Shown: piece after piece, positions 25,513-33,812 of the stretch
How the letters are laid out: each line of letters starts with the position of its first letter
How positions within the stretch are numbered: position 1 is the first letter of the stretch
Translations under genes and position numbers: made by a program
Assembly: GCA_048264225.1 (NCBI GenBank)
Contig: JBLXDK010000002.1
Location: forward strand, 9,848-73,847
Direction of reading: 5' to 3'
DNA from: Sphaerochaeta sp.
GTDB lineage: Bacteria; Spirochaetota; Spirochaetia; Sphaerochaetales; Sphaerochaetaceae
Length of the DNA stretch: 64,000 nucleotides
The notes under the pieces: model-generated
What the model was told of the DNA's origin: nothing
The model's input: the letters and a program-made list of their open reading frames with translations, nothing else
Databases searched by the model: none

Positions 25513-26967
25513 ATGCTCATACAGGGAACCTATACCAAGATCGTTGCGACTATCGGCCCGGCATCAGAATCGACTGAAGTCATCATGTCCATCATAAAGG
25601 GTGGGGCACGGGTCCTCAGACTGAACTTCAGCCATGGGGATGCATCTGAGCAGCAGGTTCGCTATGACAGGGCCCGCGCTGCTTCTGAAAAGCTTGGGAT
25701 CCCCATAGCCATCTTTATGGATCTGCAAGGTCCTAAGATTCGGGTGGGACAGCTTGCAGAGCCCTCCCTATCCTTTGAAAAAGGTGATAGCTTGATCATA
25801 TCCACCAAGCCCTGTCTTGGCACAAGGCAGCGCATCAGCATCGACTATCCCTATCTGCATCAGGAAATCATTGCAGGAAGCCAGATCCTCATCAACGACG
25901 GGCTGGTCTCCTTGGTCGTTGAAAGTATTGAGGATACTGACATCCATTGTACCTTTGTGGAGGATGGGGTCATACTCCCCAGAAAAGGGGTGAACCTTCC
26001 CAAAGTCCCTCTGATGCATCTCAGTTCCTTTACCGAGAAGGATGAGAAGGACCTCTCGTTTGCGTTTGAGAACAACCTGGATTATGTGGCACTGTCGTTT
26101 GTACGCAGTGCAGAAGATGTCAAGGCGCTGAAGACCTTCATGCAGAAGAAGTTTGGCCGTACCATACCCATCATTGCAAAGATCGAGAAACCCGAGGCTG
26201 TAACAGCCTTGGATTCGATAATCGAACAGTCCAGTGTCATCATGATAGCCCGAGGGGATCTTGGGGTGGAGGTACCTGCAGAAGAGGTTCCCCTTATCCA
26301 GAAATCCATCATACGCAGCTGTATTGCAAGCGGGGTGCCTGTCATCACAGCCACACAGATGCTTGAGTCCATGATGCATAACCCACGCCCAACGAGGGCT
26401 GAGACCAACGACGTGGCAAATGCCGTCCTCGATGGTACCAGTGCGGTAATGCTCTCAGGAGAGACCGCAGCAGGGGAGTATCCCCTGCAGGCAGTGCTTA
26501 CGATGAGTCGGATTGTCCTTCTTACTGAGCGCAGCAATGATTTCCAGCGATTGGTATTTAACCAGCTCTATTCTAGGGATAGTGCGTTGATCAGGAAGAA
26601 ACAGACCCGGACTGAGGCAGTCGGTTTTGCTACGAGGGAGTTGGCCCTTTCTGTCCAGGCATCCTTTATCGCCTGCTTTACGCAGTCAGGCAGCACCGCA
26701 CGCCTCATTTCGAAGTTCCGTCCCAGTGTGCCCATACTCGCTTTCAGTCCTGATAAGACGGTGGTACAGAGACTTGCTCTCTCTTGGGGAATAACCCCGA
26801 TCCTTATTGATGAGCAGAAGAGCGTGGACTCGCTTCTCGCCTACGCCCCGTATTTTCTTGAGGAGCATGAGTATGTAAAGAAAGGCGATTCTGTGGTGAT
26901 AACCGCAGGGGTTCCTGTAGGCAGTGCAGGAAAGACAAATATGATCAAGGTGTTTGAGTTTGAATGA
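25513..26967 (+). CDS. pyk: Pyruvate kinase
   Basis: ORF track, 484 aa. Diagnostic stretches are TKIVATIGPAS, RLNFSHG, MIARGDLGVEVP, ATQMLESM and SGETAAGEYP. Confidence 0.95.
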   Translation: MLIQGTYTKIVATIGPASESTEVIMSIIKGGARVLRLNFSHGDASEQQVRYDRARAASEKLGIPIAIFMDLQGPKIRVGQLAEPSLSFEKGDSLIISTKPCLGTRQRISIDYPYLHQEIIAGSQILINDGLVSLVVESIEDTDIHCTFVEDGVILPRKGVNLPKVPLMHLSSFTEKDEKDLSFAFENNLDYVALSFVRSAEDVKALKTFMQKKFGRTIPIIAKIEKPEAVTALDSIIEQSSVIMIARGDLGVEVPAEEVPLIQKSIIRSCIASGVPVITATQMLESMMHNPRPTRAETNDVANAVLDGTSAVMLSGETAAGEYPLQAVLTMSRIVLLTERSNDFQRLVFNQLYSRDSALIRKKQTRTEAVGFATRELALSVQASFIACFTQSGSTARLISKFRPSVPILAFSPDKTVVQRLALSWGITPILIDEQKSVDSLLAYAPYFLEEHEYVKKGDSVVITAGVPVGSAGKTNMIKVFEFE

Positions 26968-27067
26968 TCGTAGAGACAAAAAATAGACACTGGCTACCAC
27001 AATAGATCATGGATTGATGCCAGTAGATGAATCAGCAGACAGTACAACCTCCTATACAAGAAGAGGA

Positions 27068-27102
27068 AAAGAAGGCCTTTGCACATTGCAAAAGCCTTCT
27101 TT
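27068..27102. terminator. Bidirectional stem-loop terminator between convergent pyk and the outer-membrane protein gene
   Basis: A 16-bp stem with one mismatch (aaagaaggcctttgca / tgcaaaagccttcttt) has a 3-nt loop. T-rich sequence flanks it on both strands. Confidence 0.6.
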
Positions 27103-27139
27103 TGGGTGTGCTCTCACCTAAGTGAGCCCTTTGTCCCTT

Positions 27140-27901
27140 TTATTCAGGTTTGAAGGATAGGCTGACGCCAAGGCTCAAGGCCCGTCCTGTGTGGTCGAAC
27201 AGGTCAAGTGCTCTGATATCAGCTGTAAGATAGACAGAGTTGAGGACTTTTACAGGGAGCAGACGCAACCCTACATTTACCAAGCCTCTGTCGCTGGCAT
27301 TACCTGCTGACGGGCTGACGCTATAGGATACGTTGCCGAAGTCTAGGAGAAATGCCATCTTTTCCTTGAATGTTGTGGGAAAGAAGGGAGTCTCGAAGGC
27401 AACGCCAAAGTCAATATTGGTGTTGAGATTCTTGTGGAAGGTATAGCCCAACAACACTGTTGTCTTTGAGGGGAAGTCCATGATTGAACTTGTGAAGGTG
27501 GAGGCAAAATAGAGTTGTGCTGCAAGATCTTTCGCATCTGCAACATCGATAAGCTGTCCTACTACTCCTACTGCGATGGATGTCTCATTACGATGGGAGA
27601 AACGCCACTTCGCATTGAGCAAGAGATCGGTCACTGTCTGTGGGTCTATGTCGACGGCAAGACTGACCTCTGCCATATCCGAAAATCCCAGCTGGATGAA
27701 GGGGATATTGGCATAACCTCCTGTGGAAAGGATGCCTGAGTATCCTGTGGTGATGCTTGTACTTTTCCCACTCGGTGCCGGTTCGGCACTAGGTATTACC
27801 AGATATCCGTTTACCCCAGAGAGGGTGGTGTTGCCTGCAAGGGCAACAAGAGGTGAGAGCAACAGGCCAAGGGCCAAAGCGAGAAGAATGGATCGTTTCA
27901 T
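27140..27901 (-). CDS. Secreted protein, possible small outer-membrane beta-barrel (YjbH-like impression)
   Basis: ORF track, 253 aa. It has a signal peptide (MKRSILLALALGLLLSPLVALA), then ...LSGVNGYLVIPSAEP... and alternating beta-strand-like segments. The family assignment is weak. Confidence 0.4.
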   Translation of the reverse strand: MKRSILLALALGLLLSPLVALAGNTTLSGVNGYLVIPSAEPAPSGKSTSITTGYSGILSTGGYANIPFIQLGFSDMAEVSLAVDIDPQTVTDLLLNAKWRFSHRNETSIAVGVVGQLIDVADAKDLAAQLYFASTFTSSIMDFPSKTTVLLGYTFHKNLNTNIDFGVAFETPFFPTTFKEKMAFLLDFGNVSYSVSPSAGNASDRGLVNVGLRLLPVKVLNSVYLTADIRALDLFDHTGRALSLGVSLSFKPE

Positions 27902-27939
27902 AGGATCCTCCTATTGACTGAAGGGTGGCGCAAAAGAGT

Positions 27940-29625
27940 TCAAGAGTCAAGATTGCGGGCCTTCTCATGTTTCATGGTTGTTTTGCATAGGTACATGGCG
28001 CTATCGGCACGATTGATGATGTTGATGAACTTCTCTTTCTTCTTGGGGATGAAAAGATCCCAGCCTACTGCCACAGTATAGATTGTTTTCCTGGCTTTGA
28101 AGAACTTGGTAATGCTCGTGGAGAGCTTTTCCAGTTGGTCATCCCTGATAGAGGGGATAAAGGCGACAAATTCATCACCACCGATTCGAAAAAGCTCAGA
28201 ATTTTCCGGCAAAATCTTTCTGATACAAGAGGTGAAGTCTTGCAAAGCCATATCCCCTGCCTTATGCCCCTTCGTATCATTGATGACCTTCAGGTCATTG
28301 ATGTCCATCATCAGGACTCCGAGCACTTCTGCTTTACTGGAGCCTGAACTGATCTCATCGATGCGTTTGTCGTAGGCAGAACGGTTGTTCAACCCTGTCA
28401 GGGAGTCAGTATAGGCCATCGATAGGAGTACCTGCTCCTTGAGGATGCTTCGTGTCTTCTCGTTGAGTTTCTTCGCGCTGTGCCAGATGAGTATCGCACC
28501 GCTTACGCTCATGCCTAAATGGAGCAGGATAGGGCTGTCCAGCTTGATGTTGAAAATGAGCAGTATCTCTTCAACCAGGATGGTGGTAAGCAGGATCCCC
28601 ATTGCAATGAGAAAGGAGGTGAGGTTTGCCTTCTTTTTTAGGTGAGAGGACAGAAGAAGAGCCAGCAAAATCACGAGGAACAGGCCCAAGCAGAGTCCGG
28701 AGATGACAAGAAGGTCGGTGTATTGAAGTATCCCAGACAGTTGCAACATCCCACCCACGATGTAGGCAAAGGGGAAGACTAGGGATATCTTTCGCATCAG
28801 TTTGACAGATTTTCCCACTGTATAGGAGTTGCAGACATAGTTGACCAGGAAAAATGGGAGAAGATAGAGTGCTATGAAGCTGAGGTTCATGGGAAGGGCA
28901 GGGTTGCGGATGGTAAGCAATTTGCTGGTGCTCTGTGAGAAAACCCAGGCACCTAAAGAGGCTTGCAGCCATCCGAAGTAGATGAAGCTGTCACGTTCTC
29001 TTCCCCTATGCATTCCCAATGGTATGATGATACAGATAAATCCTACAAAAAGAAGGGTATAGCCAAATACCATGGAAGGCCACTGATCGTGTTTGAGCAG
29101 TATAAGTGAGGCTTTGCTTCCCATAACAGGTGCCTTTACACTTCCGGAAAAGGGAGTATTGGATGTATAGCGATAGGAGATGGTGAGCTCTTTGCCCTTT
29201 GCCTCATTGGGCAGCCTGATGAAGTTTGCAAAATTCCCCCCGAAGACAGGTCTTGCCCACCCTTTGCCAGGACCTTCGAGTGAGTATATTTTCTCACCAT
29301 CGAGGAATACATCCAAGGCAGCCATGCTGCTTTCCACATTGATGCAGGTATTGTCGTTAGGAAAGAGTGTAGGAAGGATGGTTGTTATAGTGCAGGTTTT
29401 CCCTATCAGAGGCTTGGGGAATGCATAGGGGAGGGAGATGTCTTTTGCAAGCGGCTCACCGTCAAGATAGACATCCCAGCCATTGTCCAGGGCTACTGTA
29501 TACTCATTATTCAGGGGTTCCACTTCGAGGAATGAGTCCATATAGAGAGCAAAGACAAACATGAGAGCGACAAGGAAGAGCACGATATATTGTATCTGTT
29601 TGAAGGGGTTCTGTTTGCTATGCAT
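27940..29625 (-). CDS. Sensor diguanylate cyclase (extracytoplasmic domain, 7-TM module, GGDEF)
   Basis: ORF track, 561 aa. An N-terminal TM helix is followed by an extracytoplasmic domain of about 160 aa, about seven TM helices and a GGDEF domain (...LTGLNNRSAYD...MMDINDLKVINDTKGHKAGD...FRIGGDEFVAF...). I see no RxxD I-site just upstream of GGDEF. Confidence 0.85.
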   Translation of the reverse strand: MHSKQNPFKQIQYIVLFLVALMFVFALYMDSFLEVEPLNNEYTVALDNGWDVYLDGEPLAKDISLPYAFPKPLIGKTCTITTILPTLFPNDNTCINVESSMAALDVFLDGEKIYSLEGPGKGWARPVFGGNFANFIRLPNEAKGKELTISYRYTSNTPFSGSVKAPVMGSKASLILLKHDQWPSMVFGYTLLFVGFICIIIPLGMHRGRERDSFIYFGWLQASLGAWVFSQSTSKLLTIRNPALPMNLSFIALYLLPFFLVNYVCNSYTVGKSVKLMRKISLVFPFAYIVGGMLQLSGILQYTDLLVISGLCLGLFLVILLALLLSSHLKKKANLTSFLIAMGILLTTILVEEILLIFNIKLDSPILLHLGMSVSGAILIWHSAKKLNEKTRSILKEQVLLSMAYTDSLTGLNNRSAYDKRIDEISSGSSKAEVLGVLMMDINDLKVINDTKGHKAGDMALQDFTSCIRKILPENSELFRIGGDEFVAFIPSIRDDQLEKLSTSITKFFKARKTIYTVAVGWDLFIPKKKEKFINIINRADSAMYLCKTTMKHEKARNLDS

Positions 29626-29643
29626 AGAGAGGTACCTGTGTTC

Positions 29644-30444
29644 CTATTGTTTGGTGATCGGTTTGACTTCAGGGTGTCCCTTGTCGTTGAGTTTCCTCTC
29701 TATCAATTTGTCTTTTTCCATCTTGAGAATGAGGTTTCCTATTGTTTTGTAGCTGCTTCGTTCAATGGTGCGGCTTTTGTCCATTTGATGGAACTTGATG
29801 CCTATCAGGCTAACCAGAAGCCAGGTGTCTGGATCTAGGGAGTCAATTACCTTTTTCATGATCGATTCCACTGTCTTGTCATTACGTTTGGTGTTGTTGG
29901 GCTCTGGCTTCTCTTTGTCCTTATCCTTGTCCTTTCCTTTTGTTGTGCTGGGTTTTGTCTCTTCCGGTTTTGGTCGTATCTGAAAGGACTCCATGATGAG
30001 GATCTCATCGCAGCTGTTGTTGAAGATAGGCTTGTCACTGACCGACTCCTTTGTGACGAGAAACACCTCTTTTCCGTACTTTCTCAGTGTTTCCATGATG
30101 ACGGTAAAGTCAGAGTCAGAGGTAATGAATACATAGCGGTCAATGATGGGATTCTGTATTATCAGGGTTTCCATAGCTTCAAGGGAGATGATCAGGTCTG
30201 CCCTGTTCTTATAGTTTGAGGTGATGGAAGGGGTGTCTCGTGTGTAGAAGTTATACTCGGCAAGTGATTTTGACAGCTTCTTGATGGAGGCTGCATTGCC
30301 ACAAGCAAACTTGATGACAAAGAAGTTCTCCTCATCCGGGTTGGTATTGTGCTTGAGCGTCAGTTCATCGAAGAGGCTTTTCAAATCCAAGCCAGTTGGA
30401 ATATTCTCCAAATCAATATAGATGGCATTGTTCTTTCGCTTCAT
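29644..30444 (-). CDS. NYN-domain (LabA-like) protein with a KD-rich linker and an OST-HTH/LOTUS-like C-terminal domain
   Basis: ORF track, 266 aa. The NYN core reads ...AIYIDLENIP...ADLIISLEAM...RYVFITSDSDFTVIMETLRKYGKEVFLV... A low-complexity stretch KGKDKDKDKEKPEP follows. The C-terminal ...DTWLLVSLIGIKFHQMD...YKTIGNLILKM... resembles LOTUS domains. Confidence 0.7.
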   Translation of the reverse strand: MKRKNNAIYIDLENIPTGLDLKSLFDELTLKHNTNPDEENFFVIKFACGNAASIKKLSKSLAEYNFYTRDTPSITSNYKNRADLIISLEAMETLIIQNPIIDRYVFITSDSDFTVIMETLRKYGKEVFLVTKESVSDKPIFNNSCDEILIMESFQIRPKPEETKPSTTKGKDKDKDKEKPEPNNTKRNDKTVESIMKKVIDSLDPDTWLLVSLIGIKFHQMDKSRTIERSSYKTIGNLILKMEKDKLIERKLNDKGHPEVKPITKQ

Positions 30445-30680
30445 CGTCCCCCCTCATTTGCTGCTTTTTTTACTATACTACACTTTATTGCTGGGTGAAA
30501 GGTGAAAACGCTAAGGTCTTTTCAGATAGGAAATACTACCTCCCCTTATGCATACCTTTTCAGGTAGTGGCTTGGTCCGGGTGGCAAAACAAGCGAGTTG
30601 CTGGAAAACGCAGCTAAGTATGCATCTTCAGGTTGCTTATCCTGGAGTTTTCTCTCTTGTTTCAGAACTCCTTATTTCTG

Positions 30681-31982
30681 CTAGAAGGGAGCAGGGGAGG
30701 TAAAGGAAAGGGCTTCTTTGGTGTAAGGATGGCTAAAGGATAGGTAGGAGGCGTGCAGGCAGAGCCTGTCGCCCTCTTTGCCTGTTCCGTAGAGACGGTC
30801 GCCGACAATAGCATGGCCTATGCCTTTGGGATGGGAACTGTGCAGTCTCAGTTGGTGTGTCCTTCCTGTTAGTGGGGTGAAGTGCACCCGAGTGACCAAG
30901 CCCGAAGGTGAGGATTCAACACGGATCTTTTTCCATAAGGTGGTTCCCCATTTCCCCTGTTGTTCATCATATGTTTGGTAGGGTCTATGCTCCACATCGA
31001 GTCGGAAGGGCAGCTTTACCTCTCCTTCTGGCTTTCTGATGACCCCTTCCAGGAGTGCTACATACTCCTTTTTTACCTCTTGTCGCATGAACTGGAGTGA
31101 GAGAAGCTTATGGGTTTCCTTATCCAAGGCAAGGAGCAGCAAGCCCGAGGTGTCCATGTCCAGGCGATGGACAGCACACTGCTTTGGAGCAGAGGTGAAC
31201 AGGCGTCTGACCCGGCTTTCCACACAGTCCTGCTTGTCTTCTCCTCTTCCTGGGACCGAGAGAAGCCCCCCCTCCTTGTTTACCACAAGCAGGGTGGCAT
31301 CACAGTAGACGATATCCAAGGCCAGCATATGCTTGAGAAGTGGTAGGCACTTGTCATCACAAGGGCCGTAGAAGGCCTTGTGCTCTCTACTCAGTGATCT
31401 GTTAGGCTTGCCATAATAGAACTCAAAGATGCTGATAGGGTGTAGGGTATGGGTAAAGGCCCAGTGTAAGAGTTTTGGTGCGCAGCAGTCTCCAGTGCCT
31501 GTAGGGGGTAGCTTTGTCCCAAAGATGTCAGCGAATGTCTTGGTAGTCCCGTCGATGCAGCGAAACTGGTAGAGACTGTAGAGTTGTTGCAACACGACTT
31601 GGGAGAGCTCTTTCCTCTTCTGTACAAGCGAGGGGCGATCAACAGCGTCCCCACCGTTGATCAGATCAGTCATTTCATGCAGTTGAGCATCATGGTTCTT
31701 GACGATCTGCTCATAGGCCCCTGGGTCGGCTACAGGGCCTACCCAACCTGGGATGATCCACGCCCCATCATACTGGCCTGAAAATGCCTTGAGGATAACC
31801 TCGTTACCCGCTTTGTCCTCACAGACAAGGACGCCGAACATCTGACCCCTAGCAGGGCCGAAGAGGTAGTCGGTGGATATGAGCTTCTCCCCTTCAAAGT
31901 CGAGGGCTTTGTGGAAGTCCAGTGCTTCAAGCAGAAGAAATGCGGCCTCTTTGGCCTTGTGGGTAGGTAGCGGTGGATTCAT
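30681..31982 (-). CDS. RluA-family pseudouridine synthase with an N-terminal Cys-containing extra domain of about 230 aa
   Basis: The ORF is 30681..32051. The likely start is the ATG at 31982 (MNPPLPTHKAKE...). The C-terminal catalytic core reads ...LLVVNKEGGLLSVPG...CAVHRLDMDTSGLLLLA...GRTHQLRLH... The N-terminal part carries ...TGTGDCCAPKLL... and ...YGPCDDKCLPLL... Confidence 0.8.
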   Translation of the reverse strand: MNPPLPTHKAKEAAFLLLEALDFHKALDFEGEKLISTDYLFGPARGQMFGVLVCEDKAGNEVILKAFSGQYDGAWIIPGWVGPVADPGAYEQIVKNHDAQLHEMTDLINGGDAVDRPSLVQKRKELSQVVLQQLYSLYQFRCIDGTTKTFADIFGTKLPPTGTGDCCAPKLLHWAFTHTLHPISIFEFYYGKPNRSLSREHKAFYGPCDDKCLPLLKHMLALDIVYCDATLLVVNKEGGLLSVPGRGEDKQDCVESRVRRLFTSAPKQCAVHRLDMDTSGLLLLALDKETHKLLSLQFMRQEVKKEYVALLEGVIRKPEGEVKLPFRLDVEHRPYQTYDEQQGKWGTTLWKKIRVESSPSGLVTRVHFTPLTGRTHQLRLHSSHPKGIGHAIVGDRLYGTGKEGDRLCLHASYLSFSHPYTKEALSFTSPAPF

Positions 31983-32210
31983 AGCTAGTCCAGTATGGGG
32001 TAGATGTATGAGAACTGGGAAGGGTGTTATGCAAAAAGAGGGTAGAAACATTAAGAACCGCCTATTTCCTGAGAGATTTGCTTGTACTTACGGTTTTTAA
32101 TTCAGAGAACTATTTCTTGTAATTCTGGGGAAGAGGTGTATAGTATAGACACTATTAGCGTTATTTTTAGTTTTAGCTTTGTGATCGATAAGTATGGTGC
32201 ATAGGTCGCT

Positions 32211-32361
32211 GTCTTCCCCACGCCAGTGGGGGTGTTTCCATCTTCACCGCATCCATAGCCAGGCTGACAGCGTCTTCCCTATGCTATTGAGAGTGTTTCT
32301 TCCTTGGTATGCGAAATGGAGGAAACGGCTTTTTCTTACCTACTGTAGAGAGGTTTTCAAT
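32211..32361 (+). CRISPR. Vestigial type I-E-like CRISPR array: one intact 29-nt repeat, a 32-nt spacer and two progressively degenerate repeats at 61-nt periodicity
   Basis: R1 (32211..32239) is GTCTTCCCCACGCCAGTGGGGGTGTTTCC. It has the same length, the same GCCA loop and the same 6-bp stem position as the E. coli I-E repeat GAGTTCCCCGCGCCAGCGGGGATAAACCG, with compensatory stem changes (CCCCAC/GTGGGG). The spacer is 32240..32271 (32 nt). R2 (32272..32300) matches R1 at 22 of 29 positions. A third unit (32333..32361) matches at 15 of 29 and shares derived bases with R2. AT-rich leader-like sequence lies upstream. No cas gene is present in the window. Confidence 0.6.
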
Positions 32362-32530
32362 TCTTTTCTTACTTGGAAGGAATTTCTCATATATACCAAA
32401 ATAATCTTCAAAATTCTCATACTTTACTGCAGACGTTTTTACTACTTGATGATACACTTTAGCTAGAAAATGACTAGAGGATCATAATGGTTTTTTGCTT
32501 GAATGAATCACTCTGGTCGAAGAGGTTCCT

Positions 32531-33811
32531 ATGGAACATTTTACTACAAATCAACAAATTACAGTCGAAGATGGTGACCCTCCGCTCATACGCAAAGGCA
32601 TGCAGGCTTGCATGTCACAGAGTGTCCCTGAAACAAGCGACCCCAAACGGTCCAGAGCTAGCTCTGGAAACTCCCGTTGGGGTCGAATCACTAAGTTCAG
32701 AAAGACCCATTTTCCGGACGCGACCAAAGAGATGTGGAACGATTGGCACTGGCAAGTCTCACATCGAATTACCACCCTCGCCCAGATCTCCCGCTTCCTC
32801 ACCCTTACCACTGAAGAGAGCCAAGCTCTCGAACACGCCGAAGAGAGTTTCCCCTTCTCCGTAACCCCCTACTACCTCAGCCTTATCGATCCCTCTGACC
32901 AGACCAGCGCCCTTCGCAAGAGTGTGGTTCCCTCCATCCTTGAGTCCTTCACTTCTCCAGGAGAGAGTGAAGATCCCTTGCATGAAGAAAATACCAGCCC
33001 TGTTCCAGGCATCGTCCATCGATATCCTGACCGTGCACTGTTCCTAACGACCAGCTTCTGCTCAGTCTATTGCAGATACTGCACCCGCTCCCGCCTTGTG
33101 GGAGGTCACACTGAGCCTTTGGAGACTCATTGGAAGAAAGCCATTGAATACATCAGAAACACGCCAGTCATCAGGGATGTAGTCATCTCTGGAGGAGATC
33201 CCTTGACCCTCTCTGATGAGAAGATTGAATGGTTGCTCAAGGAGATAACCTCCATCAAGCATGTGGAGATGGTCAGGATAGGAACCAAAGTCCCTATGGT
33301 GCTTCCCCAGCGGATCACCCCAAATCTTCTCCGAATCCTCAAACGCTACAAACCTATCTACTTGAGTGTGCACTGCACCCACCCTGATGAGATTACAGAA
33401 GAGTCCTCCAAGGCTTGCAACAGCTTAGCTGATGCGGGAGTTGTCATGGGTAGCCAGACTGTGCTTCTGAAGGGGATAAACGATTCGGTTGAGACCCTTA
33501 TGGAGCTGTATCACCGTCTCTTGAAGGTGAGGATCAAACCCTACTACCTCTTTCAGTGTGACCCCATCACAGGCTCTGAACACTTCCGCACAACCGTCGA
33601 CAAGGGTAAGGAGCTCATCAGAGGCCTACGGGGTTTCACCAGTGGGTATGCCGTTCCCCAGTATGTCATAGACACCCCTGGAGGTGGAGGCAAAGTCCCC
33701 ATCCTTCCTGACTATGAAGTGGGACATGATGAGAAGAACCTCTATCTTCGCAACTACGAAGGGAAGGTCTTTGCCTATCCCGACCGTGCCAAAGACGGCA
33801 CAGAGGACTGA
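32531..33811 (+). CDS. kamA: KamA-family radical SAM aminomutase, lysine 2,3-aminomutase-like
   Basis: ORF track, 426 aa. It is strongly KamA-like (...WNDWHWQV...TPYYLSLIDP...DPLHEENTSPVPGIVHRYPDR...). The radical-SAM triad is CSVYCRYC, and the sequence continues ...SGGDPL...LFQCDPITGSEHFRT...YVIDTPGGGGK. The N-terminal 25-50 residues may be over-extended. The Cys-rich C-terminal tail of clostridial KamA is absent. Confidence 0.85.
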   Translation: MEHFTTNQQITVEDGDPPLIRKGMQACMSQSVPETSDPKRSRASSGNSRWGRITKFRKTHFPDATKEMWNDWHWQVSHRITTLAQISRFLTLTTEESQALEHAEESFPFSVTPYYLSLIDPSDQTSALRKSVVPSILESFTSPGESEDPLHEENTSPVPGIVHRYPDRALFLTTSFCSVYCRYCTRSRLVGGHTEPLETHWKKAIEYIRNTPVIRDVVISGGDPLTLSDEKIEWLLKEITSIKHVEMVRIGTKVPMVLPQRITPNLLRILKRYKPIYLSVHCTHPDEITEESSKACNSLADAGVVMGSQTVLLKGINDSVETLMELYHRLLKVRIKPYYLFQCDPITGSEHFRTTVDKGKELIRGLRGFTSGYAVPQYVIDTPGGGGKVPILPDYEVGHDEKNLYLRNYEGKVFAYPDRAKDGTED

Positions 33812-33812
33812 C

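Noticed and set aside
32194-32466. A 90-aa plus-strand ORF in the AT-rich gap upstream of kamA.
   Set aside because: It is read straight across the CRISPR-like repeat units and low-complexity AT-rich sequence. It has no RBS and no protein-like motifs. The repeat/spacer periodicity explains it better.
32531-33811. KamA as part of lysine fermentation or of EF-P beta-lysylation (EpmB).
   Set aside because: No kamDE, kdd, kce or kal genes and no epmA or efp gene occur in the surrounding 30 kb. The protein is much closer in motif content to clostridial KamA than to the shorter EpmB. The tight operon with ligases and GNATs points elsewhere.
33684-33812. N-terminal extensions offered by the ORF track. 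This one is for ligase 1. Similar cases are 13332..13523 (pirin), 13921..14016 (ferritin), 16554..16640 (gamma-CA-like), 18324..18401 (znuB), 31983..32051 (rluA), 47512..47610 (rpiR), 6776..6892 (permease) and 49190..49234 (Fic).
   Set aside because: The extensions overlap upstream genes, terminators or operators and lack family similarity. Internal ATGs give canonical N-termini and sensible spacing or overlaps with the neighbouring genes.
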